The translations under genes were made by a program, and so were the position numbers. Positions 1-10,617 of a DNA stretch of 64,000 nucleotides are shown piece by piece (the first letter of the stretch is position 1; each line of letters starts with the position of its first letter). Source of the stretch: a phage; the sequence record PZ386959.1. One strand, 5' to 3'. A model generated the notes under the pieces. That model did no database searches, was not told the DNA's origin, and saw only the letters and a list, made by a program, of their open reading frames with translations.

Positions 1-1602
1 ATGGACTTAAATGCTGTTAAGCAGAAGCGAGTGGAAGATGTTAGGAAAGTCCTAGCTGGAGAGTTGGGGCTTTCTGATGAAGTAAAAGAAATTATCAAAT
101 CATTCGGTAAAGACCCCTCTAAATTCCTTCCAACTCAAATTCTGACTTTATTAAGATACACACCAGACCAAGTGAGACTTATCTTCAAATTGATGACTGA
201 TAAGAATTATGTAGCCCCTCAACCGGGTTCTCAAGAGGTGTTTTTAAATACTAATGCTGACTTGGTTTTATATGGTGGTGCTGCTGGTGCTGGTAAAACT
301 GCTGCATTGTTAATGGACTCTTTAAGGTTTATTGAAGACCCTAACTATAATGCTGTATATTTCCGTCGAAATACAACACAGTTACAAGGTGGTTTATGGC
401 CTGCTGCAAAGAAACTATTTGGTAAGTTTGGTGGGGTTCCTCACGAGCAGAAGATGACTATCACATTCCCTTCTGGGGCAACTATCAAGTTTACCTACCT
501 AGAACTTGAAAAGCACGCTGAAGGTCATCAGGGTATTGAATACTCAGCTATTTACTTTGACGAAGGTACACACTTCTCTGCTTCACAGATTTCATACCTA
601 CAGACTCGTCTACGTTCTGGTGCTGAAGGTGACTCATACATGAAGATTTCCATGAACCCAGACAGAGACCACTTTATTTACGATTGGGTAGAGCCATTCT
701 TAGATGAAGAAGGCTATCCAGACCCTGAAAAATGTGGTCGTATTCGTTGGTATGTAATGAACGATGGTGTGATGGTTTCTGATTGGGAGAGAGACAAGAT
801 TCTTGAAATGTTCCCTCTTGAGATTCCTCAAACATACACCTTCATCTCTGGTACGATTGATGATAACCCAATTCTTGACTTCTTAGAACCAAAGTATCGC
901 GGTAAGCTTGAAAACAACACTCCTGTAAACGTTGCAAGACTTCGTTTCGGTAACTGGAAGGCTCGTGCAGAAGGTTCAAACTACTGGCAAAGACAATGGT
1001 GCGAGATTGTTGATTCACTCCCAGAAGATGTATTTGATGTTAGAGCATGGGACTTAGCAGCAACTTTACCATCTGAGGTTAACCCTAATCCAGACTGGAC
1101 AGCAGGTGTTAAGATGGGTAAATCTAAAAAAGACGGTTGCTATTATATCATTGATGTAGTAAGATTTAGAGATAGACCCTCTGGAGTCGAAACACAAATT
1201 AATTTGACTGCTGAAAGTGACGGTAAGCGAACTGGTATTTTTATCCCTCAAGACCCAGGCGCTGCTGGTAAATCCTACGCAACATCCCTCATCAGGAAAC
1301 TTGCCGAGAAAGGCTATCGTGCAAGAGCTAAACCAACAAATAAAGATAAAGTTACCCGATTTGCGGGGTTTTCTGCTGCTTCTGAAGCTGGACTTGTAAA
1401 AGTCTTGAGAGGTAGTTGGAATGAAGCTTACTTCCAAGAGCTTGAAGGCTTTTGTGGTGATGGTAAAACTAAAGATGACCAAGTGGATGCTACCAGTGAT
1501 GCTTTCAACAGTCTTAACGAAGTTAAATTATTCAAGCCACCATCAATGGGTGCTCACACAGACTTAGTGAGAGGAAACCCGTATGAGGGGCTTAGACGTT
1601 GA
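1..1602 (+). CDS. terminase large subunit (may be 5'-truncated at the window edge)
   Basis: 533-aa ORF with a P-loop-like GGAAGAGKT segment near the N-terminus; sits immediately upstream of the putative portal gene. Confidence 0.7.
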   Translation: MDLNAVKQKRVEDVRKVLAGELGLSDEVKEIIKSFGKDPSKFLPTQILTLLRYTPDQVRLIFKLMTDKNYVAPQPGSQEVFLNTNADLVLYGGAAGAGKTAALLMDSLRFIEDPNYNAVYFRRNTTQLQGGLWPAAKKLFGKFGGVPHEQKMTITFPSGATIKFTYLELEKHAEGHQGIEYSAIYFDEGTHFSASQISYLQTRLRSGAEGDSYMKISMNPDRDHFIYDWVEPFLDEEGYPDPEKCGRIRWYVMNDGVMVSDWERDKILEMFPLEIPQTYTFISGTIDDNPILDFLEPKYRGKLENNTPVNVARLRFGNWKARAEGSNYWQRQWCEIVDSLPEDVFDVRAWDLAATLPSEVNPNPDWTAGVKMGKSKKDGCYYIIDVVRFRDRPSGVETQINLTAESDGKRTGIFIPQDPGAAGKSYATSLIRKLAEKGYRARAKPTNKDKVTRFAGFSAASEAGLVKVLRGSWNEAYFQELEGFCGDGKTKDDQVDATSDAFNSLNEVKLFKPPSMGAHTDLVRGNPYEGLRR

Positions 1603-1619
1603 TAGCTAGGTGAAGAAGA

Positions 1620-3086
1620 ATGGCAGATATTACAGAAACACAAGAAAGCTTACCACCATTTAGAATGGGTGAAGTAGGTTCTTTGGGTCTGAAGGTTAAG
1701 AATGGAAGAATCTATGAAGAACCTCGTCAGGCACTAAGGTTCCCTGAAAGTATTAAAACTTTCCAATTAATGATGCGTGACCCTGCTGTAGCAGCATCTG
1801 TAAATATTATTAAGATGTTTGTCAGAAAAGTCAACTGGAGATTCGTACCTCCAAAGGGAAAAGAGCAAGACCCTAAAATGCTTGAGAGAGCAGACTTCTT
1901 TAATTCTTTAATGGATGACATGGAGCATGATTGGGCAGATTTTATTAACTCTGTAATGTCATTCTGCACTTATGGGTTCTGTGTTAACGAGAAAGTTTAT
2001 AAGAAGCGACAGGGTAAAAAAGGAAAGTACCAGTCAAAATTTGATGATGGTCTAATTGGATGGGCTAAATTACCAATCAGAAACCAATCAACACTTGATA
2101 AGTGGTATTTTGACGAAGACTTTAGAAAAGTTACTGGTGTTAGACAGAATCTGAGAAATGTTTCACATATTGCTGGAGCAATTAATCTTGGAGAAAGACC
2201 GCTAACAAGAAAACTTCCACGAGCTAAATTCATGCTGTTTAAGTATGACGATGAATATGGAAACCCAGAAGGTCGTTCACCATTACTTAATGCTTATGTA
2301 CCGTGGAAGTATAAAGTTCAGATTGAAGAGTACGAAGCTGTTGGCGTTTCAAGAGACTTGGTAGGTATGCCAAAGATTGGTTTACCACCAGATTATCTGG
2401 ATGAAAATGCAGAACCTGAAAAGAAAGCTTTCGTACAATACTGCAAAACTGTTGTTAACGATATGATTGCTAACGATAGAGCAGGTTTAATCTGGCCTAG
2501 ATATATCGACCCAGATACTAAAGAGGATATCTTTGAGTTCTCATTAGTTTCTAGACAGGGTGCTAAAGCATATGATACAGGTTCTATCATTGACAGATAT
2601 TCCAAGCAAATCATGATGGCATTTATGTCAGATGTTCTTGCTATGGGTCAGTCAAAATATGGTTCATTCTCTCTTGCAGATTCTAAGACAAGCTTACTAG
2701 CAATGTCAGTAGATATTCTGCTGAAGCAAATTAAGAACGTAATTAACCGTGATTTAGTTGCACAGACTTATGCTCTTAATATGTGGGACGATGAAGAACA
2801 TGTACAAATCACTTATGATGATATCGAAACTCCAGACCTTGAAGCAATTGGTTCTTATATCCAGAAGACTGTTGCAGTAGGTGCTTTGGAAGTTGACAAA
2901 GAGCTATCTAACAAGCTTAGAGAGCATATTGGTCTTCCTCCTGCTGATGAGTCTCAACCAGTATCTGAAAAGCTTTCTCCAAATAGCCAAAGCCGCTCAG
3001 GAGATGGTTATAAGACCGCTGGAGAAGGTACTGCAAAGACACCTTCAGCGAAAGACCCAAGCACAGCAAATAAGGCAAATAAATAA
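1620..3086 (+). CDS. portal protein (putative)
   Basis: 488-aa ORF directly after the terminase and before the prohead protease; call is from position and size only. Confidence 0.55.
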   Translation: MADITETQESLPPFRMGEVGSLGLKVKNGRIYEEPRQALRFPESIKTFQLMMRDPAVAASVNIIKMFVRKVNWRFVPPKGKEQDPKMLERADFFNSLMDDMEHDWADFINSVMSFCTYGFCVNEKVYKKRQGKKGKYQSKFDDGLIGWAKLPIRNQSTLDKWYFDEDFRKVTGVRQNLRNVSHIAGAINLGERPLTRKLPRAKFMLFKYDDEYGNPEGRSPLLNAYVPWKYKVQIEEYEAVGVSRDLVGMPKIGLPPDYLDENAEPEKKAFVQYCKTVVNDMIANDRAGLIWPRYIDPDTKEDIFEFSLVSRQGAKAYDTGSIIDRYSKQIMMAFMSDVLAMGQSKYGSFSLADSKTSLLAMSVDILLKQIKNVINRDLVAQTYALNMWDDEEHVQITYDDIETPDLEAIGSYIQKTVAVGALEVDKELSNKLREHIGLPPADESQPVSEKLSPNSQSRSGDGYKTAGEGTAKTPSAKDPSTANKANK

Positions 3087-3586
3087 TGGCTGAAGTTATC
3101 TCTATCTCAAATGCTACACGAGTGCATTCGTATAGGGGTGTCCTTATCATTACTGACAAGTTATCTGTAGAGGCTGGCTCAAGGGTCAGCCTTTCAGGTT
3201 ATGTTAGTGATGGTGGAATCTCTGACGTTTTCACTATTTGCAGGTTACTTGATGCACCAATGAGTGGAAAACCGTTTATTTCAGGAAATTGTAGTGAAAT
3301 TGTTAAAATTCCATTTGACAGTTCATGCCTTTTGGGTGTAAAGTTATATAACTGCGAGAATAAACGTGTCAATGTTAATAGCATTGAAGCCGCTTTCATT
3401 ACCCTCGATACTGCATTTCAATCTCCAATGACAGTTAATAAAGAAACAAACAGACTTGAATACATTTTTTCACAAAATGATTACAAAGTACTTGTCAAAG
3501 GTAAAGTATATGATATGATTGTAAATGTGGTAGATGAATCTGGTAACCATTCAACAGTCCTTAAACAAAAAGTAAGGTTTAATTAA
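3086..3586 (+). CDS. hypothetical head-module protein
   Basis: ORF whose start overlaps the portal stop; no motif recognised. Confidence 0.3.
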   Translation: MAEVISISNATRVHSYRGVLIITDKLSVEAGSRVSLSGYVSDGGISDVFTICRLLDAPMSGKPFISGNCSEIVKIPFDSSCLLGVKLYNCENKRVNVNSIEAAFITLDTAFQSPMTVNKETNRLEYIFSQNDYKVLVKGKVYDMIVNVVDESGNHSTVLKQKVRFN

Positions 3587-3918
3587 TGGGAACATTAACT
3601 ATTGATGGTAAGAATAAAATCCTCGCCACGCTAACCCCAACGACTATTATTTTACACAATGTAGACCCAACGGCAGACCCTACAGCAAATAAGGTTACTC
3701 AGCCAGTGGCTATTTATTTTTCTGAACCGGATAATGGCTTAATTGCCTCAGAAGACACAGTTAATATTACTGTCCCAGCTTCTGCAACGGTCTCACACTA
3801 TAGCTTGTGGGATGCTAACGATAAATGCGTGGCAACTGGTGCTCTTAGCAAACCTCAATTCTTTGCTGAAGAAGGTATCTATGTTATCTCTTCAGTCTCT
3901 GTAGATTTAAACAAATAG
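3586..3918 (+). CDS. hypothetical head-module protein
   Basis: ORF in the head module with an overlapping stop-start junction to the previous gene; no motif recognised. Confidence 0.3.
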   Translation: MGTLTIDGKNKILATLTPTTIILHNVDPTADPTANKVTQPVAIYFSEPDNGLIASEDTVNITVPASATVSHYSLWDANDKCVATGALSKPQFFAEEGIYVISSVSVDLNK

Positions 3919-3929
3919 GGTGAGTAAAA

Positions 3930-5276
3930 ATGAGTTCGAATATCTTCAGACTTGCTGATAGATTATTCAACCAACCTTTACTAGCCACTGAATCATTAGC
4001 TCACTCAGCAGCAACTTATGTGAATAACAGATTGCTGGGTGATGTCCAAGCAGCAGTAAACTTTGATAAACCCAAAGGTGAAGCAAGAAGTCTTTTAAAA
4101 GTAAAAGATGACATTGCTATTATCCCTATTATGGGTGGTTTAACCCATCGTATGACATTCATTGATGCAATGTGCACAGGTGGTTTAAGCTCTTATGAAG
4201 GTTTACGTAGAGGCTTTGACGAAGCTTTAGCAGATGAGTCAATTAAGACTATTGTTCTGCATATTGATTCTGGTGGTGGTGAAGCTTCAGGTTGCTTTGA
4301 ATTAGCACGTCACATTATGGCTTCAAGAGGCCAAAAGAAAATTATTGCTTATGTAGATGAGTTCGCTTGTTCCGCTGCATATGCTCTTGCATCTTCTGCT
4401 GAAGAAATTATTGCATCACCAGATGCAGATGTTGGTTCTATTGGTGTAATCATGGTTCATCAGGAATTAACTAAGGCATTTGAAAAGAATGGCGTAACAA
4501 TTAACGTCATCAAAGCTGGTGAGTTTAAAGGTATGGGTTCACCATTCCAAGCACTCTCAGAAGAAAGCAAAGAAAGACTTCAAAAGAGGATTAATGATAC
4601 CTACGCAACCTTTACAGGTTTTGTAGCCGAATCTCGTAATCTCTCTGAAGAAGCTGTAAAGAATACTGAGGCGAATGTTTATTCTGCTCAGGAAGCTCTT
4701 GAACTTGGTTTAATTAACTCAATCATGTCTCAAGATGATTTCTTAAATTACTTACAAGGTTCTGAAGAGGCTCCTGTAAGTTTAAACGTTAACAATTCAG
4801 GTGAAGAAATGACTGAACAAGAAAAGCAAGAACTAGAAGCTTTGCGTCTTCAGGTTGCTCAAATGAAAGCTAAAGAACAGGAAGCTGCTTTGTCAGATTT
4901 GACTAATAAGATTTCTGCTTCTGCTGAAGCTTTTGGATTTGATGCAAAAGAAGCTGCAACGACTATTTTAGGTGCTGGTCTTGATAACCCTCTGAGTGTT
5001 CTGTTTATGAATGCTATGGAAGGTGCTAACCAGAAACTTAATGAAACTATCGCGTCCCACGCTTCTGCAATGGAAGAAAAAGAATCAGAAATTACCAAGC
5101 TGAAAGAAACTGCTGGTGCTGTTCTTGAACATTCCAACGCTATGGAAGAAATGGGTAATGACGGCGAAGCTGATTTGGTTGAAGAAGAAAAAGAACCAGC
5201 TAAGAATGCTTCCGAAGACACCGCTGAACAACGCAAACTGGCTCTCCAGAATGCTCTAAAATCTCTTATTAAATAA
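3930..5276 (+). CDS. prohead protease of S49/SppA type with a C-terminal coiled-coil scaffold-like domain
   Basis: Segment HIDSGGGEASG...DEFACSAAYALASSAEEIIASPDADVGSIGV resembles the S49 peptidase core; the C-terminal third is Ala/Glu/Lys-rich and predicted coiled coil; sits between portal and capsid genes as lambda gpC/Nu3 does. Confidence 0.65.
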   Translation: MSSNIFRLADRLFNQPLLATESLAHSAATYVNNRLLGDVQAAVNFDKPKGEARSLLKVKDDIAIIPIMGGLTHRMTFIDAMCTGGLSSYEGLRRGFDEALADESIKTIVLHIDSGGGEASGCFELARHIMASRGQKKIIAYVDEFACSAAYALASSAEEIIASPDADVGSIGVIMVHQELTKAFEKNGVTINVIKAGEFKGMGSPFQALSEESKERLQKRINDTYATFTGFVAESRNLSEEAVKNTEANVYSAQEALELGLINSIMSQDDFLNYLQGSEEAPVSLNVNNSGEEMTEQEKQELEALRLQVAQMKAKEQEAALSDLTNKISASAEAFGFDAKEAATTILGAGLDNPLSVLFMNAMEGANQKLNETIASHASAMEEKESEITKLKETAGAVLEHSNAMEEMGNDGEADLVEEEKEPAKNASEDTAEQRKLALQNALKSLIK

Positions 5277-5287
5277 GGAACACAATA

Positions 5288-5665
5288 ATGGCATATGAAG
5301 GTTTTACTAAGCTAGGTAAAAGAGAACCTCTGAATGATATCATTCTTTGGGAACAGATTACCCCAACAGGCCACTCTCGTAAAGAGTACACTCCAGTTGC
5401 TTCAACAGAATACCGTGTAGGTGAAGTTTTGAAAGCAGATGGTACTAAAGTTGCAGCAGGGGAAGAAACTCAGGCTGATTCTGTATGTATCGTTAACTTT
5501 TATGCAGACCTGCAACTGTCTTACCACGGTCAGTTGAAAGTCGTTGGTATTTACCGCGACGCAGAACTGAAAGACCTGCTTACTCTTGAATCAGATGTTG
5601 ATGCTGCTGAGGTCAAGAAAGCTCTGGCTGCTAAAGGTATTGATTTCGTACCAACTGGCCTGTAA
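5288..5665 (+). CDS. head decoration protein-like
   Basis: 125-aa ORF immediately upstream of the major capsid gene, with the same high-expression codon usage (ctg/cgt/ggt); call is from position and size. Confidence 0.35.
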   Translation: MAYEGFTKLGKREPLNDIILWEQITPTGHSRKEYTPVASTEYRVGEVLKADGTKVAAGEETQADSVCIVNFYADLQLSYHGQLKVVGIYRDAELKDLLTLESDVDAAEVKKALAAKGIDFVPTGL

Positions 5666-5698
5666 TAACAATAATAAGACATTCTGGAGAATTTTACA

Positions 5699-6805
5699 AT
5701 GTTGACTAATTCTGAAAAAAGCAGATTTTTCCTTGCTGACCTGACTGGTGAAGTCCAGTCTATCCCAAATACTTATGGGTATATTTCCAACTTAGGTCTG
5801 TTCCGTTCAGCACCAATCACCCAAACTACTTTCCTTATGGACTTGACTGATTGGGATGTTAGCTTGCTTGATGCGGTAGACCGTGATAGCCGTAAAGCAG
5901 AGACTAGCGCACCTGAGCGTGTCCGTCAAATCAGCTTCCCAATGATGTACTTCAAAGAAGTTGAAAGCATCACTCCTGATGAAATTCAGGGTGTACGTCA
6001 GCCAGGCACTGCAAACGAACTGACTACTGAAGCAGTAGTACGTGCTAAGAAGCTGATGAAGATTCGTACCAAGTTCGATATTACTCGTGAGTTCCTGTTT
6101 ATGCAAGCTCTGAAGGGTAAAGTTGTTGATGCTCGTGGTACTCTGTACGCTGACCTGTACAAGCAGTTCGACGTTGAGAAGAAGACTGTTTACTTCGACC
6201 TTGACAACCCTAATGCTGACATCGACGCTTCTATTGAAGAACTGCGTATGCACATGGAAGACGAAGCTAAGACTGGCACTGTAATCAACGGTGAAGAAAT
6301 TCACGTAGTTGTTGACCGTGTGTTCTTCAGCAAACTGGTTAAGCATCCTAAGATTCGTGACGCTTATCTTGCACAGCAGACTCCACTGGCTTGGCAGCAG
6401 ATTACTGGTTCTCTGAGAACTGGTGGTACTGACGGCGTTCAGGCTCACATGAACACTTTCTACTACGGTGGTGTTAAGTTTGTCCAGTACAACGGTAAGT
6501 TCAAAGACAAGCGTGGTAAGGTTCACACTCTGGTGAGCATTGACAGCGTAGCAGACACTGTTGGTGTTGGTCATGCTTTCCCTAACGTTTCTATGCTGGG
6601 TGAAGCAAACAACATTTTCGAAGTTGCATATGGTCCATGTCCTAAGATGGGTTATGCAAATACACTTGGTCAGGAACTGTACGTATTCGAATACGAAAAA
6701 GACCGTGACGAAGGTATTGACTTTGAAGCTCACTCTTACATGCTGCCATACTGTACTCGTCCTCAGTTGCTGGTAGATGTTCGTGCTGACGCCAAAGGTG
6801 ACTGA
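5699..6805 (+). CDS. major capsid protein
   Basis: 368-aa ORF after the protease and decoration-like genes; strongly biased codon usage typical of highly expressed enterobacterial genes. Confidence 0.6.
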   Translation: MLTNSEKSRFFLADLTGEVQSIPNTYGYISNLGLFRSAPITQTTFLMDLTDWDVSLLDAVDRDSRKAETSAPERVRQISFPMMYFKEVESITPDEIQGVRQPGTANELTTEAVVRAKKLMKIRTKFDITREFLFMQALKGKVVDARGTLYADLYKQFDVEKKTVYFDLDNPNADIDASIEELRMHMEDEAKTGTVINGEEIHVVVDRVFFSKLVKHPKIRDAYLAQQTPLAWQQITGSLRTGGTDGVQAHMNTFYYGGVKFVQYNGKFKDKRGKVHTLVSIDSVADTVGVGHAFPNVSMLGEANNIFEVAYGPCPKMGYANTLGQELYVFEYEKDRDEGIDFEAHSYMLPYCTRPQLLVDVRADAKGD

Positions 6806-6825
6806 TAAATTTAGGAGGGTTATGA

Positions 6826-7275
6826 ATGTGTTATACAGGCGACCCAGCCAATAACCCTCTTGATAGAGTAAGAATCCTCTGCACAGACACTAATAATGAT
6901 GAAATCCTTATTGAGCAGTCTGTGCTAGAGTGGTTCTATCTAGAATCTGGAAAGGATGAAAAGAAAGCAGCCATCAAAGCTCTTAAATATTTACTCTTTC
7001 AAGTAGCCAAGATGGGAGATGAGAAGGTTGGTGGTGTTTATTTACGTAACTCTTCCAGATTCAAATCTCTGAAAGCTGTTTATGACGACCTTGTTAAAAG
7101 CTCTGTTTCAGGACTACCCTATGCAGGTGGTATTAATCAGTGTGATATTGACATGCGTCGTCAGAATCCTTGCTCTGTCAAGAAATACACAGAATATGGT
7201 GATGCTGCCAGATACGAAGGCAGAGATTACTGCAACCGTGTTAATGGCGTATTTATTATCGAGCGAGATGAATAA
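6826..7275 (+). CDS. head-tail joining protein (putative)
   Basis: ORF between capsid and tail genes; position only. Confidence 0.3.
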   Translation: MCYTGDPANNPLDRVRILCTDTNNDEILIEQSVLEWFYLESGKDEKKAAIKALKYLLFQVAKMGDEKVGGVYLRNSSRFKSLKAVYDDLVKSSVSGLPYAGGINQCDIDMRRQNPCSVKKYTEYGDAARYEGRDYCNRVNGVFIIERDE

Positions 7276-7757
7276 TGGTTAAAAGGGTTATTCACCCCGC
7301 TAGAGCAAAATTAGTCGGGGCTATGAAGAACTTGCAAACGGCTAATGCTCAAGTTGGGTATTTTCAAGAACAAGGTCAACATAGCTCTGGTTTTTCTTAT
7401 CCTGCTTTAATGTATTTACAAGAAGTTATTGGGGTTCCTTCAGCTTCTGGTAAAGTATATCGTAGGTTGTTTGAAATCACTATGATGCTAAACAAACAGA
7501 CCTTGTTAGAGCAGACTAAGAAGAATCTATATAAGCAACTTAGCAGTCTTAACACAGACCCTTCAAATACCTTAGAAGCATTTGCAAAGAATACTCAAAA
7601 GGCAATTAAAAGGGGTTTTGGTAATTCTGCTATCCTCCCTCCTAACGCACCTTCCACAGTCAAGAAAAAAGGCTTTAACGCACCTCTTGTTGAGACAGGT
7701 GACTTAAGAGATAACCTTGCTTATAAAATTTCTACTAAGAAGGGTATTAAGAAATGA
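7275..7757 (+). CDS. head-tail joining protein (putative)
   Basis: Start overlaps the previous stop; position only. Confidence 0.3.
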   Translation: MVKRVIHPARAKLVGAMKNLQTANAQVGYFQEQGQHSSGFSYPALMYLQEVIGVPSASGKVYRRLFEITMMLNKQTLLEQTKKNLYKQLSSLNTDPSNTLEAFAKNTQKAIKRGFGNSAILPPNAPSTVKKKGFNAPLVETGDLRDNLAYKISTKKGIKK

Positions 7758-8155
7758 GACTCTTAAACAGACACAGCTTTGTAGTAAAGCGTAAAGTCTC
7801 TGAAGATGGTTATTATAACGATGATGGTGATTGGGTATCTTCACAAGATATTGTGGAGGTTAACTGTAAAGGTAATATCCAGCCATATATCAAAGGTTCT
7901 GTAAAGAATGGTACACAGATTGCTTTACCGGAAGGTATTAGGCTCACCGATACAAGAATCCTGTACACCACATATAAGCTTAGAACTTCAGATGATGTAG
8001 AGTGGAATGAGTCTGACATTGTTATGATTGATGGTCATGAGTATGAAGTATTTATGACTATGGATTGGTCACAGCAATTAGCCCATACATCCCATTATGA
8101 ATATATCATTATTAGAAGGGATAAAATGAATGCAGTTAGAAACAGCAGAACTTGA
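7754..8155 (+). CDS. head-tail joining or tail completion protein (putative)
   Basis: Overlapping junctions with both neighbours; position only. Confidence 0.3.
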   Translation: MRLLNRHSFVVKRKVSEDGYYNDDGDWVSSQDIVEVNCKGNIQPYIKGSVKNGTQIALPEGIRLTDTRILYTTYKLRTSDDVEWNESDIVMIDGHEYEVFMTMDWSQQLAHTSHYEYIIIRRDKMNAVRNSRT

Positions 8156-8729
8156 AAAAGGTCTAGTTAGAACCTTAGTGGATGTTATTGGTCACAGATT
8201 AGCTCGTGATAAAAATAATAGACCAAACGTAATTAGAGCTTACCCTTCTGATAACTCAAATGACAAAGGTTTAAAACCTGACCAGCCATTTATTACCGTA
8301 TACTGTCAAGATGCTGCAACACCTTATGGTTGGGTTCTTGATAAGTTTGTTGAGGATGATGTAGTTTGCTACAGAATTGCTTTTCAGATTCCTGTATTAA
8401 TTACGGTGAATGGTAAAGGTGCTCACAGTATTATGCTTGAGCTTAAACAACGATTAGAGATGAGTTCAGTCAGAGATTTAATCCTTGAAGAAACAGGAGC
8501 TACAGTACTGGACACTGGAGCTATCCCGAATGACTATACTTATCTCAATACAGATTTCGAAAATTCTGCACCTCTTGTTGTAACTCTTGTAAAAAACTCA
8601 GTCCTGAAGGATGAACGTGGAAGTATTATTGAGCGTGTCATTGTTGATGGTGAGTTGGTTTATGAAGAAGGACAAGAGCCACCAGAATATACTATCCATC
8701 TAGATGTAGACTCCAAAGGGGTAAAATAA
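8130..8729 (+). CDS. tail completion protein (putative)
   Basis: ORF directly upstream of the putative sheath gene; position only. Confidence 0.3.
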   Translation: MQLETAELEKGLVRTLVDVIGHRLARDKNNRPNVIRAYPSDNSNDKGLKPDQPFITVYCQDAATPYGWVLDKFVEDDVVCYRIAFQIPVLITVNGKGAHSIMLELKQRLEMSSVRDLILEETGATVLDTGAIPNDYTYLNTDFENSAPLVVTLVKNSVLKDERGSIIERVIVDGELVYEEGQEPPEYTIHLDVDSKGVK

Positions 8730-10082
8730 ATGTGGAATCCAATTGTTAATGTAGATATTACATTGAACACCGCAGGAACTACAAGAGAAGGTTTTGGTTT
8801 GCCACTATTCTTAGCTTCAACAGATAATTTTGAAGAAAGAGTACGTGGTTACACTTCCTTAACTGAAGTTGCTGAAGATTTCGATGAAAATACTGCTGCA
8901 TATAAGGCTGCTAAACAACTTTGGAGTCAGACTCCTAAAGTAACTCAGCTTTATATTGGTAGACGCGCTATGCAGTACACTGTATCAATTCCTGATGCCG
9001 TTACTGAAAGCACAGACTACTCAATTACTGTAGCTGCTGGCGGTGGAATTTCTCAACCATACCAGTACACAGCACAAGATTCAGACACTGCTGAGGTAGT
9101 GTTGCAACAGTTTAAAACACAGATTGAAGCTGACCCAACAATCAAAGATAAGGTTTCTGTGAATGTAACTGGTAGCAATGGCTCTGCCACAATGATTATT
9201 ACCAAAGCTGGTGATAATGACTTTGTGAAAGTAACAACCACAGCACAGACTGTATATATTGCAAGTACAACTGCCGATACAGCATCAACTGCTCTGGCAG
9301 CTATCGAAGCTTATTCTACAGACTGGTATTTCATTGCAGCAGAAGACAGAACTCAACAGTTTGTCTTAGCAATGGCTTCTGAGATTCAGGCTCGCAAGAA
9401 AATCTTCTTTACAGCTAACTCCGATGTAACAGCCCTGCAAGGTACAGAATTAGCCAGTGCAAATGATGTTCCAGCACAGCTTGCTAAGAATATGTACACT
9501 CGTACAGTTTGCTTGTGGCATCACGCAGCAGCAGAAGACTATCCAGAGATGGCATACATTGCTTATGGTGCTCCATATGATGCAGGTTCAATTGCTTGGG
9601 GTAATGCTCAGCTAACTGGTGTAGCAGCTTCTCTACAACCATCTAATCAGAGACCTCTGACAAGTATTCAGAAGTCTGCTTTAGATGTACGTCACTGTAA
9701 CTTTATTGACCTTGATGGTGGTGTTCCAGTGGTTCGTAGAGGGATTACTTCTGGTGGGGAATGGATTGATATCGTCCGTGGCGTTGACTGGTTAGAATCA
9801 GACCTGAAAACTTCTCTGAGAGACTTGCTAATTAACCAGAAGGGTGGTAAGATTACTTATGATGATACTGGTATTACCCGTATTCGTCAAGTCATTGAAA
9901 CCTCTCTACAAAGAGCAGTCAACAGAAACTTCCTGTCATCTTACACAGTTAATGTTCCTAAAGCCTCTCAAGTTGCTTTGGCAGACAAGAAAGCTCGTAT
10001 CCTGAAAGACGTTACCTTCGCAGGTATCTTAGCAGGTGCTATCTTGGATGTTGACTTGAAAGGTACAGTGGCTTACGAATAA
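8730..10082 (+). CDS. tail sheath protein (putative)
   Basis: 450-aa ORF followed by a 148-aa tube-sized ORF, the chaperone pair and the tape measure; this is the canonical myovirus order. Confidence 0.45.
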   Translation: MWNPIVNVDITLNTAGTTREGFGLPLFLASTDNFEERVRGYTSLTEVAEDFDENTAAYKAAKQLWSQTPKVTQLYIGRRAMQYTVSIPDAVTESTDYSITVAAGGGISQPYQYTAQDSDTAEVVLQQFKTQIEADPTIKDKVSVNVTGSNGSATMIITKAGDNDFVKVTTTAQTVYIASTTADTASTALAAIEAYSTDWYFIAAEDRTQQFVLAMASEIQARKKIFFTANSDVTALQGTELASANDVPAQLAKNMYTRTVCLWHHAAAEDYPEMAYIAYGAPYDAGSIAWGNAQLTGVAASLQPSNQRPLTSIQKSALDVRHCNFIDLDGGVPVVRRGITSGGEWIDIVRGVDWLESDLKTSLRDLLINQKGGKITYDDTGITRIRQVIETSLQRAVNRNFLSSYTVNVPKASQVALADKKARILKDVTFAGILAGAILDVDLKGTVAYE

Positions 10083-10097
10083 TAGAGGTAAATTGGA

Positions 10098-10544
10098 ATG
10101 GCTATGTATCAGCAATATTCCCCTAAAGACGTTGTATGTAGCTGGAATGGTATTGCCATTGAAGGCTTTGCCCCAGATTCATTCTTGCGTCTACAGAGAA
10201 CATCACCGCTTGTGACACCAGTTGTTGGTGCAGGTGGTCAGGTTGCTCTGACAAGAAATGCAGACAAGACAGGTACTATTGAGATTGAGCTAATGCAGAC
10301 TTCTCTCTCTAACCAGATGCTTTCTGCAATTCAAGCTAAACAAGACAATATGGAACTTGAAGAAGATATCTCTTCTAACTTCGTAATCTACGACCCATCA
10401 GGCTCTGTTCTGGCAACTGGTATTAATGCTTGGTTGCAGGAATTACCGCAGATTGAACTTGGTCGTGACCAGAACTCTAAAACTTGGATTTTTGGTTGTG
10501 AGAAGCTAGACTACACTTCTACAATTCCAGCGTCAAGTGTTTAA
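10098..10544 (+). CDS. tail tube protein (putative)
   Basis: 148-aa ORF after the sheath candidate, followed by a strong terminator; position only. Confidence 0.45.
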   Translation: MAMYQQYSPKDVVCSWNGIAIEGFAPDSFLRLQRTSPLVTPVVGAGGQVALTRNADKTGTIEIELMQTSLSNQMLSAIQAKQDNMELEEDISSNFVIYDPSGSVLATGINAWLQELPQIELGRDQNSKTWIFGCEKLDYTSTIPASSV

Positions 10545-10554
10545 TAAATACTAT

Positions 10555-10588
10555 AAGGGGGAGACTTTAAAAGGTCTTCCCCTTTTTT
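10555..10588 (+). terminator. rho-independent terminator after the tail tube gene
   Basis: GC-rich stem GGGGGAGAC / GTCTTCCCC with loop TTTAAAAG, followed by TTTTTTGTTT. Confidence 0.6.
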
Positions 10589-10617
10589 GTTTCTTTTAAA
10601 AGTATTAAGGAATCACA

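Noticed and set aside
5807-6733. 308-aa minus-strand ORF antisense to the major capsid gene
   Set aside because: It lies entirely inside a strongly codon-biased plus-strand gene, has no start context or motif, and is the usual antisense open frame produced by biased third positions. The same applies to antisense ORFs 1066-1482, 18195-18722, 33137-34027 and 55008-55535.
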